DNA of 64,000 bases from a virus (Duplodnaviria; Caudoviricetes), in the IMG/VR virus record IMGVR_UViG_3300021431_000115, positions 7,821 through 71,820 of that record; one strand, 5' to 3'. Shown piece after piece: positions 59,785-64,000 of the stretch. A program made the translations under genes and the position numbers. The stretch's first letter is position 1, and each line of letters begins with the position of its first letter. Under the pieces are notes generated by a model that saw only the letters and a list, made by a program, of their open reading frames with translations, was not told the DNA's origin and ran no database searches.

Positions 59785-60401
59785 AGGTCTTGTTCTCTAA
59801 TTAAAGTATAAGTAAAAGAATTACCATATAGACTTCTTTGTTTTTCACAAAGACGAATAAAAGAATTAAATTGAACAGGGTCTTGGAATACTTGACAACC
59901 AGCAGAATAATTATTTATTCTTGGACTAGCATAATAAGGATTAGCTCTATGTATGTTTATTCCAAAAAACCCTTTGTCTATTTTGTCAGGAGCGTAATCA
60001 TATACAGCATCTTTATTACCATCTCTATAAACTTTTACTATCTTTCTTTGACAAAGTGCTTTATATTTTCCTTTATGTAGACCTAATTGCCAAGCACCTT
60101 TATATTGTCCAGGAGCAAGAATTGCTGTGCCTTTACGATTACCTAAATGTTTAACCATATAATAAGCACCTGGGTCAGTAGTGATATTATAGATTTGTTT
60201 CTTTATCGTGTTTCCTATTTTATATTCAACTACAAGGTAGTCGTCAAATAAATCAGTAACTTTATTATCATTATCTGAACGAATACCAATTATATTTAAA
60301 TTATAATCACCTGCTGTAAAATAAGAATAACCGAGCTTTAAAAATAATTTTTCAAAATCGCAGGATTGTATTTTATTTCGTAATGTCAAATTCATCATCA
60401 A
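59781..60401 (-). CDS. Putative endolysin, L,D-transpeptidase (YkuD)-like catalytic domain
   Basis: 206 aa; GINIHRA...NYSAGCQVF matches the H-x(n)-SxGC motif; ITTDPG; upstream of spanin-like genes. Confidence 0.65.
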   Translation of the reverse strand: MMMNLTLRNKIQSCDFEKLFLKLGYSYFTAGDYNLNIIGIRSDNDNKVTDLFDDYLVVEYKIGNTIKKQIYNITTDPGAYYMVKHLGNRKGTAILAPGQYKGAWQLGLHKGKYKALCQRKIVKVYRDGNKDAVYDYAPDKIDKGFFGINIHRANPYYASPRINNYSAGCQVFQDPVQFNSFIRLCEKQRSLYGNSFTYTLIREQDL

Positions 60402-61377
60402 ATAAATTTAATTGTTTAGTAGTATTAAGTTTACCTTGAAGAACAGTAAGTCTGTCATTTAGTATGTCAATACATTCTTTCTTCAAATAATTAATTCTAT
60501 GCCATGTAGCTTTATCCTCCCCGTTAGGATCAACGTGATAACCATCAATATCACGAAATGGTTGACCATATTGATTAAGTATAAAAGGGGTAGCAATATG
60601 ACAAAGTCCTAGACCTACACACGGTATATTAAGTATATTCTCAGTAAGTACAGCATAAAGACTAAGCTGAAGAGAATAGTGACTACCATTACAATCTTCA
60701 AGATGATTAAGAGGTGGGAGCATTTTATCTCCTTTATAAACCCAATCATTAGTTAATTGATTTGGTACTACAGTTTTATCTTTCTTATAATATCCATTTT
60801 CAAATTGAAGTCCTTGTCTATTGGTTTTCCAATCAAGAATAACAAAATCAGTTGCTCTAACACAAAGGATGTCAATCGTTCCAGATATAAGAAAATACGG
60901 GTCAAATACACCAATTTCAGAATAAATAGTATAACCTTTATCAGTATAATATTTAAATACTCTATATATTTCAGGATATTTATTATTAGTGGCTTCTATG
61001 AATTTATCTATATCTAGTGGAGTAGGAAGCATATCTGGAATATCTGCAACTGTAATACAACGACCATCAGTTTGTTGTAGATACTTAATAGCATCTTTAA
61101 AGCGACTAACATCTTTAATTGCAGTTTCAAGACCTTCATGCTTTTGGTTTCCACGAGAACAAGCCTCATCAGTAATCTTAGCCCACTGTCTTAATATCTC
61201 TTTTTCCGATACCCCCTGCTCCTTTGCTTTCTTTCTTGCCCAATACTTAGAATCAAACTTTGGTACATATTCATGTATAAAAGTTGTAACACTAGTATAT
61301 TCATTACCTAGTGTATCAGTGTATTTATGAGGACCTTCATCAAAATACAGAAAGGTATTTTTATATCGTTCGTTCAT
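60373..61377 (-). CDS. PD-(D/E)XK family nuclease
   Basis: 334 aa; FDEGPHKY...SVTT, RGNQKHE, SE...SGTIDIL...ILDWKT, YSLQLSLYA. Confidence 0.85.
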   Translation of the reverse strand: MNERYKNTFLYFDEGPHKYTDTLGNEYTSVTTFIHEYVPKFDSKYWARKKAKEQGVSEKEILRQWAKITDEACSRGNQKHEGLETAIKDVSRFKDAIKYLQQTDGRCITVADIPDMLPTPLDIDKFIEATNNKYPEIYRVFKYYTDKGYTIYSEIGVFDPYFLISGTIDILCVRATDFVILDWKTNRQGLQFENGYYKKDKTVVPNQLTNDWVYKGDKMLPPLNHLEDCNGSHYSLQLSLYAVLTENILNIPCVGLGLCHIATPFILNQYGQPFRDIDGYHVDPNGEDKATWHRINYLKKECIDILNDRLTVLQGKLNTTKQLNLFDDEFDITK

Positions 61378-61380
61378 AGT

Positions 61381-61995
61381 CTAAAGAGAATTATCATCTG
61401 CATCCATACTACTAAGAACTTGAGCACCACCACGAGCAAGCTCCGTTTCTTTCTCGTACATCAGATTTTGTTTAGCTTCTTCTAATTTTTTAAGAATACC
61501 TGGCAAATCACCAGCTTTTTTATTCACGCTATCAATTAGAGTAAGAATAGTAGCAGTATCTTCAAGAGTTAAGTTACTATTCATTTTTTCATTAAGCAGA
61601 TTATTAATTAAAGATATACTAAGATTTATATTATGAATACCTTGCATGATATTTTCTACAACACGACCAGCTTCAGTAATATTTTCTTCATAATATCTTC
61701 TAATTAAATGTAATACTAGTTTATCAGGAATATAACTAGATGGCAAATCTGCTTGAGCAATAGCCATTTTTAAAGCCTCTGGGTCACTTAAACCACTTTG
61801 TCTAGCAGGAGATTTTGGATCACCAAGATAATAAATAACAATACATTCTTTAATGTACATACTTTTATCTTTAGTTTTATCTCTTGCATACAACTCTCTT
61901 ATTTCTTTATCTATAAGTTGCCGAGTTGTTGGAGGCTTTGGCATACCAGTTTCATCTATAGTAATTAAACTATCAATATCTAGTTTATATTTCAT
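61381..61995 (-). CDS. Conserved crAss protein, terminase small subunit candidate
   Basis: 204 aa helical, ends in ARGG-containing tail; conserved position upstream of the nuclease/terminase. Confidence 0.5.
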   Translation of the reverse strand: MKYKLDIDSLITIDETGMPKPPTTRQLIDKEIRELYARDKTKDKSMYIKECIVIYYLGDPKSPARQSGLSDPEALKMAIAQADLPSSYIPDKLVLHLIRRYYEENITEAGRVVENIMQGIHNINLSISLINNLLNEKMNSNLTLEDTATILTLIDSVNKKAGDLPGILKKLEEAKQNLMYEKETELARGGAQVLSSMDADDNSL

Positions 61996-62468
61996 ACAGG
62001 AGGATTTATATCGCAGTCACTAATACAATACATATAGATTCTAGCATAAACTTCACCTTTGGTTTTACAAAGTTTTCTATACAAATGAGAATTTCTACTA
62101 GCAGTCATGCTAACTATATGTCTGTATAATCTTTCTTGTTTCTCTTTTTTACCTGCATCTACAGCAAGATTACGTCTAAAAAGAATATATTTTTCTTTTG
62201 GCATTGTTTCCTTAGCAGTAGCCAAAAGTTCTTTATTTTCTTCAGATCTAAATCTTTTAGAAACTTCTGGTATTCTAATATTCCCAATAAAAGGAATACC
62301 TGTCCATCGACCTTCTTGAAGAAAGTTACTAGCATCAAGTTCACATTGAGTAACAATAGCCATAGCAACTTCTTTATCTATGATATTTTTCTCAATGCAA
62401 TCAATAATGTCAGATTTTCTAAAAACTTTAACTTCAAAACCATTAGGAAAATTAAATGTATCAGCCAT
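61992..62468 (-). CDS. Conserved hypothetical protein (possible HU/IHF-like fold)
   Basis: 158 aa; LQEGRWTGIPFIGNIRI resembles the HU/IHF beta-arm signature. Confidence 0.5.
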   Translation of the reverse strand: MADTFNFPNGFEVKVFRKSDIIDCIEKNIIDKEVAMAIVTQCELDASNFLQEGRWTGIPFIGNIRIPEVSKRFRSEENKELLATAKETMPKEKYILFRRNLAVDAGKKEKQERLYRHIVSMTASRNSHLYRKLCKTKGEVYARIYMYCISDCDINPPV

Positions 62469-62500
62469 AGGATTACCAATAGTTTCCTCTAACGGGGGGC

Positions 62501-62522
62501 TGGTACAGCGTTAGCTGTACCA
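62501..62522. other. Intergenic hairpin between two oppositely oriented motif copies
   Basis: 9-bp stem TGGTACAGC / GCTGTACCA with loop GTTA. Confidence 0.6.
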
Positions 62523-62568
62523 TTACTAGTTCTGCTAGTTCCCCTGTAGAAGAAATGTGATGAATTAA

Positions 62569-63117
62569 TTATGCTTCTCCTTGTACATTACCAATAACAT
62601 CAATGAATTGTTCAGTATATGGAGCAGATTGCGGAGTATAATAACCAATAATATCAGAGTTTGGAATTAGTTTAAACTCAACAAAACAAACATAAGCATT
62701 ATTGAAATGTTGAAGGCTTCTCTGATATGTATTTTTAGCATCTAATTCCATTACCTTCATAACTTTCTCGAATGACAGTTCGTTATTAGGAACAGTACAA
62801 TGGTAAGCTAAACTTAATTGAGTGTTAGAAATAATTAATTTATCCTTAATATGAATATTATTAATATATTCATTGTCGTTAGACCCTGCTTTAATAAAAA
62901 TAGGCGTAACTGCCGCTTTAATATCTTTCTTTTGTGTTTTTGCAAGAATAACACTGGAAAGTTTTTCTCTATAAACAACTGCTATAAGAGAATAATAATT
63001 AGCAATTTTAACATCATTAGTGATTTTTGTTAACCATTCAGCAGGAATTTCACCAATAGAATTTGGTAAATGCAGAACTATTTCTGCATCTTTAGCATAA
63101 ATAGGAAAATCTGTCAT
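62569..63117 (-). CDS. Conserved hypothetical protein, first gene of the structural arm
   Basis: 182 aa, VEFKLIPNSDI; follows a -7 promoter box. Confidence 0.7.
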   Translation of the reverse strand: MTDFPIYAKDAEIVLHLPNSIGEIPAEWLTKITNDVKIANYYSLIAVVYREKLSSVILAKTQKKDIKAAVTPIFIKAGSNDNEYINNIHIKDKLIISNTQLSLAYHCTVPNNELSFEKVMKVMELDAKNTYQRSLQHFNNAYVCFVEFKLIPNSDIIGYYTPQSAPYTEQFIDVIGNVQGEA

Positions 63118-63199
63118 AATCTTAAAAGTTTTATTAATATTAATAGTATCTATATTTCGGACTGCATTATCTAATGTTTACCAGTCCTATTACTAAACA

Positions 63200-63207
63200 C
63201 AAATATA
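63200..63207 (-). promoter_or_regulatory. -7 promoter box upstream of the leftward operon
   Basis: TATATTTG (TAnnTTTG) 83 bp upstream of the ATG at 63117; no canonical -33 TTTG. Confidence 0.5.
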
Positions 63208-63308
63208 AGAATAATATTTCGTATATAATATATAATAAGGTGTAAATTTGGACTGATTTAAGTATTTTTAAGATAAATGTTAAATTTTAGTTAAATATTG
63301 TTAATGGG

Positions 63309-63340
63309 CTTGCGTATTGTTTGGAAATGTCGTAACTTTG
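63309..63340 (+). promoter_or_regulatory. Rightward Bacteroidota-type promoter (divergent)
   Basis: CTTG (63309-63312), 20-nt spacer, TAACTTTG (63333-63340). Confidence 0.6.
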
Positions 63341-63347
63341 CAAGCAA

Positions 63348-63432
63348 GGGGGTGAGGGGGTGAGGGGAGTAAGGTGGAGATGGTGGAGATAATAAAGATA
63401 ATAAAAGATAAATAAAAGATAATAAAGATAAT
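63348..63432 (+). repeat. G-rich and AATAAAGAT-type tandem repeats
   Basis: GGGGGTGA x2 + GGGG, GGTGGAGAT x2, then about four AATAAA(A)GAT units. Confidence 0.8.
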
Positions 63433-64000
63433 TAATTTATTTTATTTTTATATTTTATTTTATTCTTTATTTTTATCTTCAAACTTATCGAGAAGCTGAT
63501 ACTGAAATTAGTGCTGAAATTGATGCTAAAGATGATACTAAAAGTGACATAAGAACTCCAGCTGGTAGAAATATTAATAATAGTAAAGAGAATAATAGCT
63601 TTACTAGCACCCCTGTAGAAGGAATTGATTGACATATTACTCATCCTGCTATAATTATCGCTACTTAACCTATAAAAAGATGACATATTGGTTTTAATTA
63701 TACTCATTTTGCGCTTAATATACTAGTTGCTCCGTAAATTAATCGACTAGTAATTTTGGTACTTCTGTTTGTGAAAATCGAAGTACTTTTTAAATAGAAG
63801 TTTGCTTCATAATAAAACATATAATGAATTTAAATTTGGTCAAGTAGGTGAATATCTACTTAATACTATTACTGCTTGTGAAAGTCGTAATAGTTTTTAA
63901 TGAATTGATTCGTTTTATTTACGATACCATATTCTTATTCATTTATTGAACGTCTTGCTTGTGAAAGTAGGACGTTTTTTTTTTGTTGAAGGTAAAAGAG

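Larger units (their letters stand above)
944..63624. repeat. Dispersed ~19-bp repeat family, consensus TAVYH-CCCC-KD-TAGARGRA, about 23 copies
   Basis: + orientation near 8302, 17338, 19727, 28414, 37422, 39172, 48004, 54345, 59445, 62536, 63605; - orientation near 944, 6932, 11489, 16428, 19112, 23266, 29797, 34360, 36859, 50937, 59626, 62484; weaker copies near 4345 and 46806. Confidence 0.9.

Noticed and set aside
994-63033. Numerous short + strand and nested ORFs in the track
   Set aside because: Shadow ORFs opposite or inside long genuine genes, with Phe/Ile/Ser-rich low-information translations
944-63624. Dispersed motif as a CRISPR array, promoter, or protein-level repeat
   Set aside because: Copies are kilobases apart without spacers, occur in both orientations in a unidirectional arm, and are translated in several different frames
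63432-63707. 91-aa minus-strand ORF in the track
   Set aside because: Low-complexity Ser/Ile/Lys translation arising from repeats in the non-coding region
1-64000. Stop-codon reassignment (TAG or TGA recoding known in some Crassvirales)
   Set aside because: Genes of up to 5065 codons are intact under the standard code, and TGA (e.g. 34642, 54479, 59781) and TAG (61381) serve as real stops next to downstream starts

Overview
About 64 kb of an AT-rich crAss-like bacteriophage (Crassvirales) genome; the capsid sequence is reminiscent of the alpha/gamma group, and TAnnTTTG promoters indicate a Bacteroidota host. Nearly all real genes are on the minus strand and use the standard genetic code. Reading right to left: a non-coding strand-switch region with divergent promoters and repeats, small conserved genes, a PD-(D/E)XK nuclease, a lysis module, terminase, portal, scaffold/major capsid/neck genes, tail-fibre genes (one ending in an SGNH esterase), an inserted self-contained cassette of unknown function, tail ring/tube/muzzle genes, ejected cargo proteins, a 5065-aa virion RNA polymerase (DFDID motif) carrying an internal PD-(D/E)XK domain, and a truncated NlpC/P60-CHAP-like ORF that the ORF track missed. 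The most striking unexplained signal is a ~19-bp GC-cored motif, consensus TAVYH-CCCC-KD-TAGARGRA. About 23 copies were counted by eye across the window, in both orientations, mostly embedded in coding sequence in different reading frames and sometimes in the loops of intergenic hairpins. This suggests a genome-wide DNA-level recognition system. All assignments come from reading motifs and synteny; no searches were run.
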